64,000 bases of DNA from Patescibacteria group bacterium (GTDB taxonomy: Bacteria > Patescibacteriota > Minisyncoccia > Phycocordibacterales > Phycocordibacteraceae), in assembly GCA_018971045.1 (NCBI GenBank), contig JAGWVF010000001.1:11480-75479 (forward strand). Direction: 5' to 3'. This document shows, piece by piece, positions 50,315 through 59,923 of the stretch; position 1 is the stretch's first letter, and each line of letters opens with the position of its first letter. Below the pieces are notes generated by a model. That model made no database searches. It worked only from the letters and a program-made list of their open reading frames with translations, and had not been told where the DNA came from. Made by a program: the position numbers and the translations under genes.

Positions 50315-50385
50315 GCGGGATTAGTTTAATGGCAGAACGTCAGTTTTCCAAACTGAGAGCAGGAGTTCGATTCTCCTATCCCGCA
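50315..50385 (+). tRNA. tRNA-Gly (anticodon TCC)
   Basis: GCGGGAT-TA-GTTT-AATGGCA-GAAC-G-TCAGT-TTTCCAA-ACTGA-GAGC-AGGAG-TTCGATT-CTCCT-ATCCCGC-A. Confidence 0.85.
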
Positions 50386-50455
50386 CACTGGTCAGAGACC
50401 GATTTTGAGACTGCGAGGCCTCAAGGTCAGTCCGCAACCACGAGCCCTATTCAAG

Positions 50456-50485
50456 CGAAAAGCGCGACCGAAATCGCGCTTTTCG
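50456..50485. terminator. Bidirectional terminator between tRNA-Gly(TCC) and the serine recombinase gene
   Basis: GAAAAGCGCGA-CCGAAA-TCGCGCTTTTC. Confidence 0.65.
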
Positions 50486-50486
50486 C

Positions 50487-51812
50487 TTAGTCAGCGAGCG
50501 TCACTACGCCATCATTCATGATCAACCGATCGCGCAGATGCTCCAATAACTCACGCTTCTCCTCCTTGGTCCCGTTCTTCAGAAGGTACTTCGCGTACTT
50601 CCGGATATCCATCTCCTTCGCCTTCAACGCTCCCTTTACGCCCTCCACCTCCGCACGGAGCGTGTTATACCGTGCCACCTCGCGGTCTATAAGGTGTCGA
50701 GCCCCGATCTCATCGAGCGACACCTTGTCTATGAGCCCCGCCAGCTGCCCAATAATCTTTTCTTCGCGCAAGTATGGATTCTTGCAGTTCGGGTCCTTGG
50801 CTCGCGAGCAGGAGTAGTAAATATGGGTGACAGGTTCGCCTGTCGCTAGGGTTTTGGTCTTTTCCTGAGCCGTGATGCCCGAGCCGCAATATCCGCAGGT
50901 GAGAAGCTTCGTAAAGCTCCACTCCTTGAACTTATGCTTCGGCCGATTCTCCTCGGCAATTTTCTCCTGCACTGCCTGAAAAAGTTCCTGTGTGATCAAG
51001 GGTTCGTGCTTGCCCGTATACCAACTTCCCGAACCACGCGGATACTCGAAGACGCCGCAGTAGAAGGGGTTCTTCAGCATCTTATAGAGCGCTGACAGAT
51101 TCATATCCTTGCCGAATTTGGAGACGAAGCGCACGTCCGACTTAAGCCATGCATGCACCTTCCGCCCGCTCCAGCGCTCGTTTCCGATCTTCTCGAATAT
51201 CCTCTTTACGATAGGAACGCGAATCGGGTCGATTACAACTTCGCATCTGTGATCCTTGCGACCATCATTCAAATATCCGGTCGGTGCAATGCCAGGCCAC
51301 AGTCCCATCTCCACTCGTGCCTTCAACCCTCGTTTCACGTTGATGCGCTTATTATCGTTCTCGAGCTTCGCCTGCGACCCGAGAATCATCAGGAGGAACT
51401 TTTCATTCGGGTTGTTCGTGAAGCGCTGACCGTATGTTCGGATATCAATCAAATGCTTGCTGTCCATCAAGTCGACGATGCGTCCTAGATCTCCGGCATT
51501 TCTTGAAATGCGGTCCGGTGCCCACGTCAATATCCCGTTGAATTTCTGGTTCTTTAGTTCCTCGACTATTTCGTTAAATACCGGCCGCGCTCCGGCCTCT
51601 TTTGCCGAATGCGATTCGCGCTTTACTTCGACTATCTCTAGCTTCTCCTTCTCTGCGAGTGCGAGCATCTCCTTGATCTGGCTCTCGATGGAGAGCACCT
51701 GCTGTTCCTCGCTTTCCGTACTCTTTCTTGCATATAGGCAGTATCGGATCGGTACCGCCTCCAAGAGAGGAGGAGCCGCTCCGAAACCGCCCTGAATCGT
51801 TGCTGCTTCCAT
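50487..51812 (-). CDS. Large serine recombinase (resolvase/invertase catalytic domain + recombinase domain + zinc ribbon + coiled coil)
   Basis: [14 protein letters not shown] (catalytic Ser), ...[18 protein letters not shown]..., zinc ribbon [13 protein letters not shown]...THIYYSCS, C-terminal coiled coil. Confidence 0.85.
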   Translation of the reverse strand: MEAATIQGGFGAAPPLLEAVPIRYCLYARKSTESEEQQVLSIESQIKEMLALAEKEKLEIVEVKRESHSAKEAGARPVFNEIVEELKNQKFNGILTWAPDRISRNAGDLGRIVDLMDSKHLIDIRTYGQRFTNNPNEKFLLMILGSQAKLENDNKRINVKRGLKARVEMGLWPGIAPTGYLNDGRKDHRCEVVIDPIRVPIVKRIFEKIGNERWSGRKVHAWLKSDVRFVSKFGKDMNLSALYKMLKNPFYCGVFEYPRGSGSWYTGKHEPLITQELFQAVQEKIAEENRPKHKFKEWSFTKLLTCGYCGSGITAQEKTKTLATGEPVTHIYYSCSRAKDPNCKNPYLREEKIIGQLAGLIDKVSLDEIGARHLIDREVARYNTLRAEVEGVKGALKAKEMDIRKYAKYLLKNGTKEEKRELLEHLRDRLIMNDGVVTLAD

Positions 51813-51935
51813 TGGTTATTGCCGTTAGTCCTAACAGCCCAATGGATGACGCAACCCCTCATGGGAGTCCAGACCCCTCTACCGGTTATTTCCTAGACAT
51901 ATGCCCGTAAAACTGCACCATGCTACGATTGCCGC

Positions 51936-52931
51936 ATGTCGCAAGATTTTGCATTTATTCCCGCTAAGCTGAAAGAAGGCGATCTCGCTCGAGTTATTTC
52001 CTTCGGCCTAAGCCTGAAGGGCGCGTCCTTGCCTCAGCGGGAAATCTGCAACGCAAATCTTGCACGGCTTGGAATCAGGGTTTCGTTCGGAAAGCATGTC
52101 GAAGATAGCGACGAGTTCGATACTTCACCGATAGCGGCAAGAATAGAGGATTTGCATTCAACGTTGCAAGATTCGGAAGTAAAGCTGATTTTATCTGGAC
52201 TAGGCGGCATGAATGCCGCGCAAATTTTACGTTCTGTTGATTGGAAGTTGCTATCAGAGAACCCGAAGATCTTTTGCGGATTTTCTGATATGGCCGCCCT
52301 CGTCAACGCAATTCACGCTAAGACAGGGCTCATAACCTATTACGGCCCATTCTATGGAACCTTCGGAATGCAGAAGGGTTTTGAATATATGCTGGACTCG
52401 TTCGATAAGTGCCTTTTTCATTCGGAACCCTACCTGGTCGAACAGTCTCCCATCTGGAGTGATGACGCTTGGTGGCTTGATCAAGAAAACAGAACCTTCC
52501 ACGAAAATCCTGGCCCGCTAGTCTTTACCGAAGGATATGCCGAGGGACGATTGATTGGAGGCCACTTAACCTCGTTCGCAACACTTTTTGGAACCGAGTT
52601 CTTCCCAGATTTGTCTGACTCTATCCTGATGGTCGAGGAAAATAGCGAAATACGCCCGCGCTCGTTTGACCGACTGCTGCAAAGCCTGCTGTACCAAAAG
52701 GGATTCGAGAAGGTAAAAGCCATTTTAATTGGGCGGTTTACCCGAGCAACAGGAATCACCAATGAAATTCTTGTCACGATACTCAAGAATTATCCGGAGC
52801 TTTCGCGAGTCCCTGTAGTGGCGAATCTGAGCTTCGGGCATACCTATCCCCAATTTACTTTTCCGGTAGGAGGGATCGGTCGAATAGAGGCTAAGAGCGG
52901 AACGGCGATTCTTGAGATTAAGGAGCGCTGA
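51936..52931 (+). CDS. LD-carboxypeptidase / MccF-like peptidase S66
   Basis: 331 aa. FCGFSDMAAL is the catalytic Ser motif of S66. Also ...VANLSFGHTYPQFTFPVG (catalytic His region) and IGGHL. Confidence 0.75.
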   Translation: MSQDFAFIPAKLKEGDLARVISFGLSLKGASLPQREICNANLARLGIRVSFGKHVEDSDEFDTSPIAARIEDLHSTLQDSEVKLILSGLGGMNAAQILRSVDWKLLSENPKIFCGFSDMAALVNAIHAKTGLITYYGPFYGTFGMQKGFEYMLDSFDKCLFHSEPYLVEQSPIWSDDAWWLDQENRTFHENPGPLVFTEGYAEGRLIGGHLTSFATLFGTEFFPDLSDSILMVEENSEIRPRSFDRLLQSLLYQKGFEKVKAILIGRFTRATGITNEILVTILKNYPELSRVPVVANLSFGHTYPQFTFPVGGIGRIEAKSGTAILEIKER

Positions 52932-52952
52932 ACTCTGCACGAACCGCGGATG

Positions 52953-54059
52953 TTAGATATCAAGTTTCAAAACCTCTTTTAATTCACTTACGCTTGCGTA
53001 TTTAGACTCATCGAGATCAGAAATATTCTGGACATGCCAGGAGTTCGGATTCTTAAAGTGAACCGCCTTAACGCCAGCTTCGAGAGCTGGCTCTATGTCC
53101 GAGCGGAGGCTGTTCCCGACCACGATAATCTCCCCAGAGCTGAATGGAAGATCGCCCTTCAGTTTCTGTAAACTCGTCGTGCTCTTCGATTTGACGACAC
53201 ATAAGGCATGAAAATGCTCGGCTAAGTTAGAACGAGCCACTTTCTCGAACTGGATGCCAAGAGGTCCTTGTGTATAGAGAACTAGGCCGTCGCCGCGCTT
53301 TTCTAGCTCCGTCAGGATTTTCACGACATCAGGAACCAGTGCCTCCGGCTGATTCTTGAGAGTCGGTACGATAGACTCAAACAGTTTTGTGGGACGAGGT
53401 ATGTCCGCCTCTGTGGTGAGGGTCTTGTATACAGTTTCCAGAGATTTGAGGAAGCCGTAGGCACCGAAGCCAATCTCCTGAATCGTTTTCTCCTCGGTTT
53501 CATCTATTAATTGACGGACCTGCTCCTCGGTCGTATTTTTCAGGTACGGACGGCAATGCTCTATGAAAGCGTCGACGATTTTCGCGTATGCAATATTATC
53601 CTCCCAAAGGGTGTCGTCGCCATCGAATACCCACGTGCGATTAAAGGGCCCAAGTGCTGAAGGTGTCTTGCAAAAGTAGTATTCGCCTTCTTCCGGAAAA
53701 AGAATCGGGATTCGATGATCTCCCTCCGCGAATTTGCTGAATAAATAGGAAAAGTTTTGCGGAGTAATCTCTCCGGGAAGCGGTTCCCAGACTACCGAAA
53801 ACCCAGCTTCCTCGATTGCTTTCAGTTTTCGAGGATTGTTGCTGAGCAAAGCAATATTCTTTATTCCCAGGTCGCGCAAGATTTTGAAAGCAAGCGGATA
53901 CATCCGGCCGTCGACCTCGAAATTGAGTTTCTCATAAGCACCATAGGTGCTCACGCATTGCGATTGCATCGTGTACATGCCGAGATACTTAGCAAAAATC
54001 CCCGCGCCGCGCCCTTCTTGGAAGATGTGAATGAGGACGCCATTTTGTTTTCTGAGCAC
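52953..54059 (-). CDS. C-terminal part of a GTP cyclohydrolase II-like domain fused to a HAD-superfamily phosphatase
   Basis: IHIFQEGRGAGIFAKYLGMYTMQ...ILRDLGIKNIALLSNNPRKLKAIEEAGFSVV matches the RibA C-terminal half. WVFDGDDTLW is HAD motif I; VVGNSLRSDIEPALEAGVKAVHF is HAD motif IV. Confidence 0.6.
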   Translation of the reverse strand: MLRKQNGVLIHIFQEGRGAGIFAKYLGMYTMQSQCVSTYGAYEKLNFEVDGRMYPLAFKILRDLGIKNIALLSNNPRKLKAIEEAGFSVVWEPLPGEITPQNFSYLFSKFAEGDHRIPILFPEEGEYYFCKTPSALGPFNRTWVFDGDDTLWEDNIAYAKIVDAFIEHCRPYLKNTTEEQVRQLIDETEEKTIQEIGFGAYGFLKSLETVYKTLTTEADIPRPTKLFESIVPTLKNQPEALVPDVVKILTELEKRGDGLVLYTQGPLGIQFEKVARSNLAEHFHALCVVKSKSTTSLQKLKGDLPFSSGEIIVVGNSLRSDIEPALEAGVKAVHFKNPNSWHVQNISDLDESKYASVSELKEVLKLDI

Positions 54060-54077
54060 GTCGATTGAACGCAGTAG

Positions 54078-54344
54078 CTAACTTCGGCAGTCGCAATCGA
54101 AGCTTCCCAATATATCGCTGTTCGCGCACGACGAGTGCAGCTGTATCGGAACCGTTCGTGACGTATCGAACGAGTCAGGGTCCGTGAATAGAGCGACCAA
54201 TGCAGTCTGCTTATCATCAGAATAAATGCAAGAAAAAGTCACGCCTGTATTTGTAAAATGCTTTACGAAGGGAGTCTTCTTCGTGTCATCGTCGACTCGG
54301 ATTGTGGGGTCGTAGTCGCTTTCTTTTGGTGCGTGCAGGTCCAT
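54078..54344 (-). pseudogene. N-terminal zinc-binding part of GTP cyclohydrolase II, separated from the downstream part only by an in-frame TAG
   Basis: ...IQLHSSCANSDILGSFDCDCRS-TAG-LLRSIDVLRKQNGVLIHIFQEGRG..., same frame and colinear with RibA (HSECLTGD...SLRCDCGFQLE...QEGRGIGL). Confidence 0.5.
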
Positions 54345-54356
54345 AAGTTTTTATGA

Positions 54357-57155
54357 TTAATTTATACGCAAATTGAATCGCACGGGTCCGGTTGAAAGTT
54401 CGACATTATGTTTCCCGTCGTCTGAATGCTCCACCCGAACGCTATCTTTCGTTGAGAATCCTTCATTCTTGCGCGCTTCGGCCACTGCGCGCGCAAATGC
54501 ACGCTCGTCTCCCTCGGCGATGAGTTCCTGTGTCAAACGTGTATCAAGCGAAAGGGAATCCGCGTGCATTATCACATTTTTTACGTTTACTTCATCTGCA
54601 AGCACGGTCGCCAATTCTTCTGGAATCGTTCTTGGAATTGAGAACGAGGGAAGCGGCTGGCGCACCACAATGCCGGCTTTCTGTCGGAGCATAAGCGCCT
54701 CGCTCGCAAGCGTGCGAACATCTGCCATAGCTTCGATTAACTCCGTATTTGCCTCATGCCTATCCGGCCACTCTGCCAGATGCACACTTTCTGGCTCGCC
54801 CTCTTCCCGTACTGAACGGTATATCTCGTCAGAGACAAACGGCATGACGGGTGCGACAAGCAGGGCGGTATGTTTGAGAACGAAACGCAATGTGGCGCGC
54901 GCGGCATCTGCATCCGGGCCATCTTCCTTGAAACGGTCGCGTGAGCGGCGCACGTACCATGCAGAAAGGTCATCAATAAAGGCCGAAAGTGGGCGTGTAG
55001 CCGAGTCGAGAGCATAATGCTCGTATCCTTCCGTCACCTCTTTAATAGTCTTATCCAAACGCGCAACTATCCAGCGGTCCAAAACATGAGTACTCATTCT
55101 GTTCGCCGTAATTCCCGTATCGTGAAGCGTATAGAAGGAAAGCACATTCCGGAGCCGACCAATGTTCTTTTTCGCAATCTCATCAACGCCCTTCTCAGAA
55201 AAAGCGAGGTCTTCAGCAACGACAACCGATGAGGATAGCAGATAAAAACGCATCGCGTCCGCCCCGTATTTCTCGACTACTTCCATAGGATCGGGATAGT
55301 TTTTGAGGCGCTTCGACATCTTCTTTCCGTCCTCAGCAAGAACGATGCCGTTCACGATGACGTTTTCGAACGCGTGCTTGTTGAATAGCGCTCCCGCGAG
55401 TACATGAAGATAGTAAAACCATGCGCGGGTCTGATCCTGTCCTTCGCCAATAAATTGTGCCGGAAACGCAGAATCAAATTCTTGCTTATCCTCAAAAGGA
55501 TAGTGACGCGAGGCATACGGCATTGAGCCGGAATCGAACCAAGTATCGAGAACGTCCGGTATGCGCCGCATTACACCACCGCAAGAACACGGAACGACGA
55601 TTTCATCCAAGACGTGCTTATGCAAGTCATCAATGCGCTCTCCGCTCGCTTCCTCCAACTCGGCTACGCTCCCGAAGACCTTACGCGCCTTGCATTCTTC
55701 GCATGTCCACATCGGAATAACGCTTGCCCAAAAGCGCTGGCGCGAGATAGACCAGTCGCGAGCGCCTTCGAGCCACTTACCGAAGCGCCCTTCCTTGATA
55801 TGTGCGGGCGACCACGCCACATCCTTTGCCGTCGCAAGTAAGATGTCTTTGATCTTCTCGATGGCGATGAACCATGATGAAGTCGCGTAGTTCAGGAGCG
55901 GCGTGTCGCACCGCCAGCAATGCGGATACGCATGGGCGATGTTCTCTTTTGAGAAGAAGTTGTCGTTATCCTGTAGATGCTTAAGAACGGCAATGTCAGT
56001 CGCGAGCCTGACCCGATCATCGTCAGACTTCGGCTTTACTTCCATGCCCGCAAAAGCGAGGACTTCTGGCTTCATCGTGCCGTCCTCGTTTACATGCTGT
56101 ACGAAGGGCAAATGCTCTCTTTTGAGGAGTTCCCAGTCGTCGGCGCCGAACGCCGGTGCCTCGTGTGCAATGCCGGTACCGGTATCCGCAGTGATAAAGT
56201 CTGCCGCATATACCTTCCATCCGTTTTCGCGATTCTTGAGGTTCGCATCGGAAGCGTAATAGTCGAAAAGCGGCTCGTACTCGAGTCCGACAAGTTGCCG
56301 CCCTGAAAATTCCAGTCCTGAATTCGCATCACTCAGCCCGAGAGCCGCCATCCGCTCCTTTGCGACCACATAGTATTTTCCGTTCTCGTATTGAACCGCG
56401 CGATAGGTGATGTCGGGACCGACGGCCAACGCCACGTTTCCAGGCAGCGTCCACGGCGTAGTCGTCCATGCAAGTAAATGGACATCCTGACCGATACCTA
56501 ACTCGGACAGCGCGGCAGTGGACTTTGCTTTAAACTTCACAGTGACCGCGATATCCTTCACGTCCTTGTATCCTTCCGACACCTCCGTCTGCGAGAGCGT
56601 CGTTTCGCAGCGCGTGCAGATATGCATGGAGCGATAATCCTCATATACGAGTCCCTTGTCGTAGATCTGCTTGAAGACCCACCAAACGCTTTCCATGAAC
56701 GACTTGTCCATCGTTCGATAGGCATTCTTCATATCAGCCCAGCGACCGATGCGAGGAATGATCTTCTCCCACTCGTTCACATAGGTGAGCACCTGTTCGC
56801 GACAGCGCTCATTGAACTTTGCGACTCCGTACTCTTTTATGTCTTTCTTATGCTTGAAGCCAAGCTCCTTCTCGACAATATTCTCGATCGGAAGTCCGTG
56901 GCAGTCCCAGCCCCACACACGGGGGACGTGATAGCCGCGCATAGTCTTATAGCGAGGTATGGCATCCTTGATCACGCTCGCCACGATATGGCCGTAGTGC
57001 GGGAGCCCTGTCGCAAATGGCGGGCCGTCGTAGAATGCAAATTCGCCTTTTGGGGCGCTTTTCTTGAGCGATTTTTCGAAGATTTTATTTCCTTCCCAAA
57101 ACTCAAGGATTTCCTCCTCTCGTTTTGCCGCGTCTGATTTTCCCATTTCCTCCAT
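54357..57155 (-). CDS. ileS: Isoleucyl-tRNA synthetase
   Basis: PHYGHIVASV (HIGH), WTTTPWTLPGN, KMSKRLKNYPDP (KMSKS), CWRCDTPL zinc knuckle. The start is taken at MEEMGKSD, 4 nt after the TauD stop; the track ORF 54357..57317 overlaps TauD. Confidence 0.9.
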   Translation of the reverse strand: MEEMGKSDAAKREEEILEFWEGNKIFEKSLKKSAPKGEFAFYDGPPFATGLPHYGHIVASVIKDAIPRYKTMRGYHVPRVWGWDCHGLPIENIVEKELGFKHKKDIKEYGVAKFNERCREQVLTYVNEWEKIIPRIGRWADMKNAYRTMDKSFMESVWWVFKQIYDKGLVYEDYRSMHICTRCETTLSQTEVSEGYKDVKDIAVTVKFKAKSTAALSELGIGQDVHLLAWTTTPWTLPGNVALAVGPDITYRAVQYENGKYYVVAKERMAALGLSDANSGLEFSGRQLVGLEYEPLFDYYASDANLKNRENGWKVYAADFITADTGTGIAHEAPAFGADDWELLKREHLPFVQHVNEDGTMKPEVLAFAGMEVKPKSDDDRVRLATDIAVLKHLQDNDNFFSKENIAHAYPHCWRCDTPLLNYATSSWFIAIEKIKDILLATAKDVAWSPAHIKEGRFGKWLEGARDWSISRQRFWASVIPMWTCEECKARKVFGSVAELEEASGERIDDLHKHVLDEIVVPCSCGGVMRRIPDVLDTWFDSGSMPYASRHYPFEDKQEFDSAFPAQFIGEGQDQTRAWFYYLHVLAGALFNKHAFENVIVNGIVLAEDGKKMSKRLKNYPDPMEVVEKYGADAMRFYLLSSSVVVAEDLAFSEKGVDEIAKKNIGRLRNVLSFYTLHDTGITANRMSTHVLDRWIVARLDKTIKEVTEGYEHYALDSATRPLSAFIDDLSAWYVRRSRDRFKEDGPDADAARATLRFVLKHTALLVAPVMPFVSDEIYRSVREEGEPESVHLAEWPDRHEANTELIEAMADVRTLASEALMLRQKAGIVVRQPLPSFSIPRTIPEELATVLADEVNVKNVIMHADSLSLDTRLTQELIAEGDERAFARAVAEARKNEGFSTKDSVRVEHSDDGKHNVELSTGPVRFNLRIN

Positions 57156-57159
57156 ACGG

Positions 57160-57996
57160 CTATTCGTTTGGGGCGAAACCAATACAAGCCTGCTCTTCGC
57201 TCGACGAGATACCGTCAAACCAGAGACGATGCAATTTTCTCGGATCATCGGACTCAAAAGCCGTTCTTCCATGGAGGACGGTAAAGTTATCGGTGAGCAG
57301 CACTTGTCCTGCTTCAAGCCGGAAACTTACTAGATTCTTTTCCTCTGAAAGAAAATCATGCACAAGGCCGACCGCTCTGCGTACATTTGAATTTTCTGGG
57401 GAGCGCACAGCTTCGTCCGCTCTGTAGCGAATCGCGAGGCGATTATTTAAATATGTTCTAAAAACCGCCCCTGAGAACGATTTCGCTGCGCGATTAATGA
57501 AAAGAGCGTCTTCGCGATAAAGCGACTCCAAGGCTTCTTTATCCGTCGATGAAAGCCAGTCGTGCAATTTCTTCCCGCTTGCCAGCTGAGTAATACCGCC
57601 TTGGCGTGCCGGTATCTCGCATCGCAGAGCAACAATCGGAGGAGGGTTTACATCGTATGAGCCATCGGTGTGAAATGTATAAGCTCGAGAAGAAATGCCG
57701 GGGTAAACGGAAGATTCGTCGATTACGGCAACTTCGGTAATGTCGTCATCGTCAGATCGATCATGGCTCATTGTTTTGCCAAAAAGTTCCTTGAAACACA
57801 GCAGTTGATTTCTAGGCGGTTCTTCCTTTTCAAATTGAACAATGGCAACTCCGTATGTATCGAGAAGGCTGATGATTGAGTGTGCCGATCCAACGATTTC
57901 CTCTGACGAATGTACTGACACTAAAAGCGCCTCGGGAGCAAGTTCGGAGCCGAATGCCTGTTTAGGATTTTTGTCGCAATTTCCGGAGGATTCCAT
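57160..57996 (-). CDS. TauD/TfdA-family Fe(II)/2-oxoglutarate dioxygenase
   Basis: FHTDGSY (H-x-D), VLHGRTAF (distal His), R near the C-terminus. The start is uncertain: the track ORF extends to 58149 and overlaps the upstream gene. Confidence 0.7.
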   Translation of the reverse strand: MESSGNCDKNPKQAFGSELAPEALLVSVHSSEEIVGSAHSIISLLDTYGVAIVQFEKEEPPRNQLLCFKELFGKTMSHDRSDDDDITEVAVIDESSVYPGISSRAYTFHTDGSYDVNPPPIVALRCEIPARQGGITQLASGKKLHDWLSSTDKEALESLYREDALFINRAAKSFSGAVFRTYLNNRLAIRYRADEAVRSPENSNVRRAVGLVHDFLSEEKNLVSFRLEAGQVLLTDNFTVLHGRTAFESDDPRKLHRLWFDGISSSEEQACIGFAPNE

Positions 57997-58031
57997 AATA
58001 TTTTGGGCCGAAGCCCTGGCATCTAGTTTAT

Positions 58032-58862
58032 TCAAATTTTCTTGAACGAAATAACATCGCCAACATTGATGCCGAGCTCCCGAGCGCCCAATTTGCGTGC
58101 CTGCCCCAGTTCCCAAAGGCCAAATGAGCTGCCAGGGAAGAACGCCCAATCTCCGGTTTCAAGAGACATGAGACGTGGCTCATATACCGCATTAATCTTG
58201 TGATCCCTAATCATTACCTCGTAACGATCTCCTGGAGCAACTGGTCCGATATCTCCGGTAAATTTCATCATTCCAAAATTATCAATATGCACGATAGTTC
58301 CCGGCTTGAGATTAAGCCGAACGATCCCGTTCGGGTCGATCGCTTCCCCGAGTTCTGAAAGCGGCGTACCGCGAGCTGCTGCCGCGGCGACTTTTGCAGT
58401 TACATACTTTCCAGCGAACGAAACGAATTGCCCGACATTGTATTTCGTAAGGTCGTAGAGCTCCGCGCATCCGAAATCGCGGGTAAGCCAATCAAAACTA
58501 CCCATGTTCCTGCCGATAAAAACTATGTTGCGCTCCTTCGTTCTTCCGATTACATTCATCGGCCGCACTTTTTCGGCATTGATCGTAGTCATCAGAACGC
58601 TATTTTCCGGGTACGAATCAGCCATGAGCCGAACGGCGAAGTTGGTGTTAATTATGGAAAATGCTGGGGAAATGGGGGTAATGGGGGCAACTACGACATC
58701 CGGTATATTCTCGACTTCATGCGCGAGTACCGCCCAAAGCTCATTGGCCGCGATGTCTACACACTCTGTGATGTTTACCAAGTATTTCTTCACGCTCGAA
58801 ATATAACACGAAATAGCAGAAAAGCTGAGTAATTCCCGTTCCCTTATCGAGATACGAACCAT
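58032..58862 (-). CDS. DUF62 / SAM hydroxide adenosyltransferase-like protein (fluorinase-chlorinase fold), divergent N-domain
   Basis: KVAAAAARGTPLSELGEAIDPNGIVRL and IVHIDNFGMMKFTGDI resemble the SalL/FlA C-domain ([25 protein letters not shown]; RIDRxFGN). IGRNMGSFDWL resembles the VGPNNGLLSFAL motif. The N-terminal D-x-G SAM-binding motif is not recognisable. Confidence 0.45.
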   Translation of the reverse strand: MVRISIRERELLSFSAISCYISSVKKYLVNITECVDIAANELWAVLAHEVENIPDVVVAPITPISPAFSIINTNFAVRLMADSYPENSVLMTTINAEKVRPMNVIGRTKERNIVFIGRNMGSFDWLTRDFGCAELYDLTKYNVGQFVSFAGKYVTAKVAAAAARGTPLSELGEAIDPNGIVRLNLKPGTIVHIDNFGMMKFTGDIGPVAPGDRYEVMIRDHKINAVYEPRLMSLETGDWAFFPGSSFGLWELGQARKLGARELGINVGDVISFKKI

Positions 58863-58922
58863 AGATATCGTACCGCCCGAGCATCTTGCTATATATTCTT
58901 CGTGTGATATAATAAAAAATGA

Positions 58923-59888
58923 GCAATAGAGATTTGTTGCCGCGAGAAAGAGGCCCTATATCTGAATCCCTGGTATGAGGTCGTCGCGAATGATAACGAG
59001 GCGATGGTCATATCGCTGTACGCGAAGGGCCTCACGACCCGCGATATCGCAAGCTATATGCGCAGTCACTATGGCATGGAATTGTCCCAGCCTGCCGTCT
59101 CCGGCATTACCGACAAAGTGTACCCGCTCGTGAAGGAATGGCTCTCGCGTCCTTTGGCCGTGTCCTATCCGATCGTCTATCTCGACGGCCTTCACTTCAA
59201 GGTGCGGGACGCCGGGAAGATAGTGTCGAAGATCGCGTACATCGTCCTTGGCATCAATCCGTACGGGAATAAGGAAGTGCTCGGCATCTGGATCAGCGAT
59301 TCCGAAGGAGCGAAGTTCTGGATGCACGTCCTGAACGACCTGAAGAATCGCGGCGTCGACGACATCCTTATCGCGTGCGTCGACGGCCTCAAGGGATTCC
59401 CGGATGCGGTCAAGTCCATCTATCCGCAAACGGAAGTGCAGGTCTGCATCGCACACCAGATACGGAACACCATCAAATTCCTGCCGATCAAGGATCGCGA
59501 AGGATTCTGCCGCGACTTGCGGGAGGTGTACACCGCCTCGACCGAGAGCGCCGGCCTCGACGCGCTCCACACGATGATGCAGAAATGGCCGCAGTATCGC
59601 GGATACTTGAAAAGCTGGGAAGACCGCTGGGCCGAACTCACGCCCTTCTTCGAGTATCCGAATCCTATACGCCGCATGGTGTATACCACCAACATGATCG
59701 AGAATCTGAACCGGCAGTTCCGTAAGGTTACGAAAACGACCACGATCTTCCCGCATGACGAATCGCTCATGAAGCTCCTCTGGCTCGCCCAGAACGATCT
59801 TGCACAGGGAAGACTCGTCGCGCTTAGGAATTGGAGCGAGGTCATGGCTCAGCTCTCGATCCTCTTCGGTGAGCGTGTGCAGTTCTAA
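58923..59888 (+). mobile_element. 5'-truncated IS256-family (mutator-type) transposase remnant
   Basis: ...MVISLYAKGLTTRDIASYM...YLDGLHFKVRD...ILIACVDGLKGFPDAVKSIYPQTEVQVCIAHQIRN...RYLKSWEDRW...TTNMIENLNRQFRKVTK match IS256 Tnp residues ~100-400. The N-terminal ~100 aa are absent and the upstream frame is closed by a stop at 58920. Confidence 0.8.
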
Positions 59889-59923
59889 CCATTAATTCCC
59901 GTCGCTGAAGCGGAAGCCGCCCC

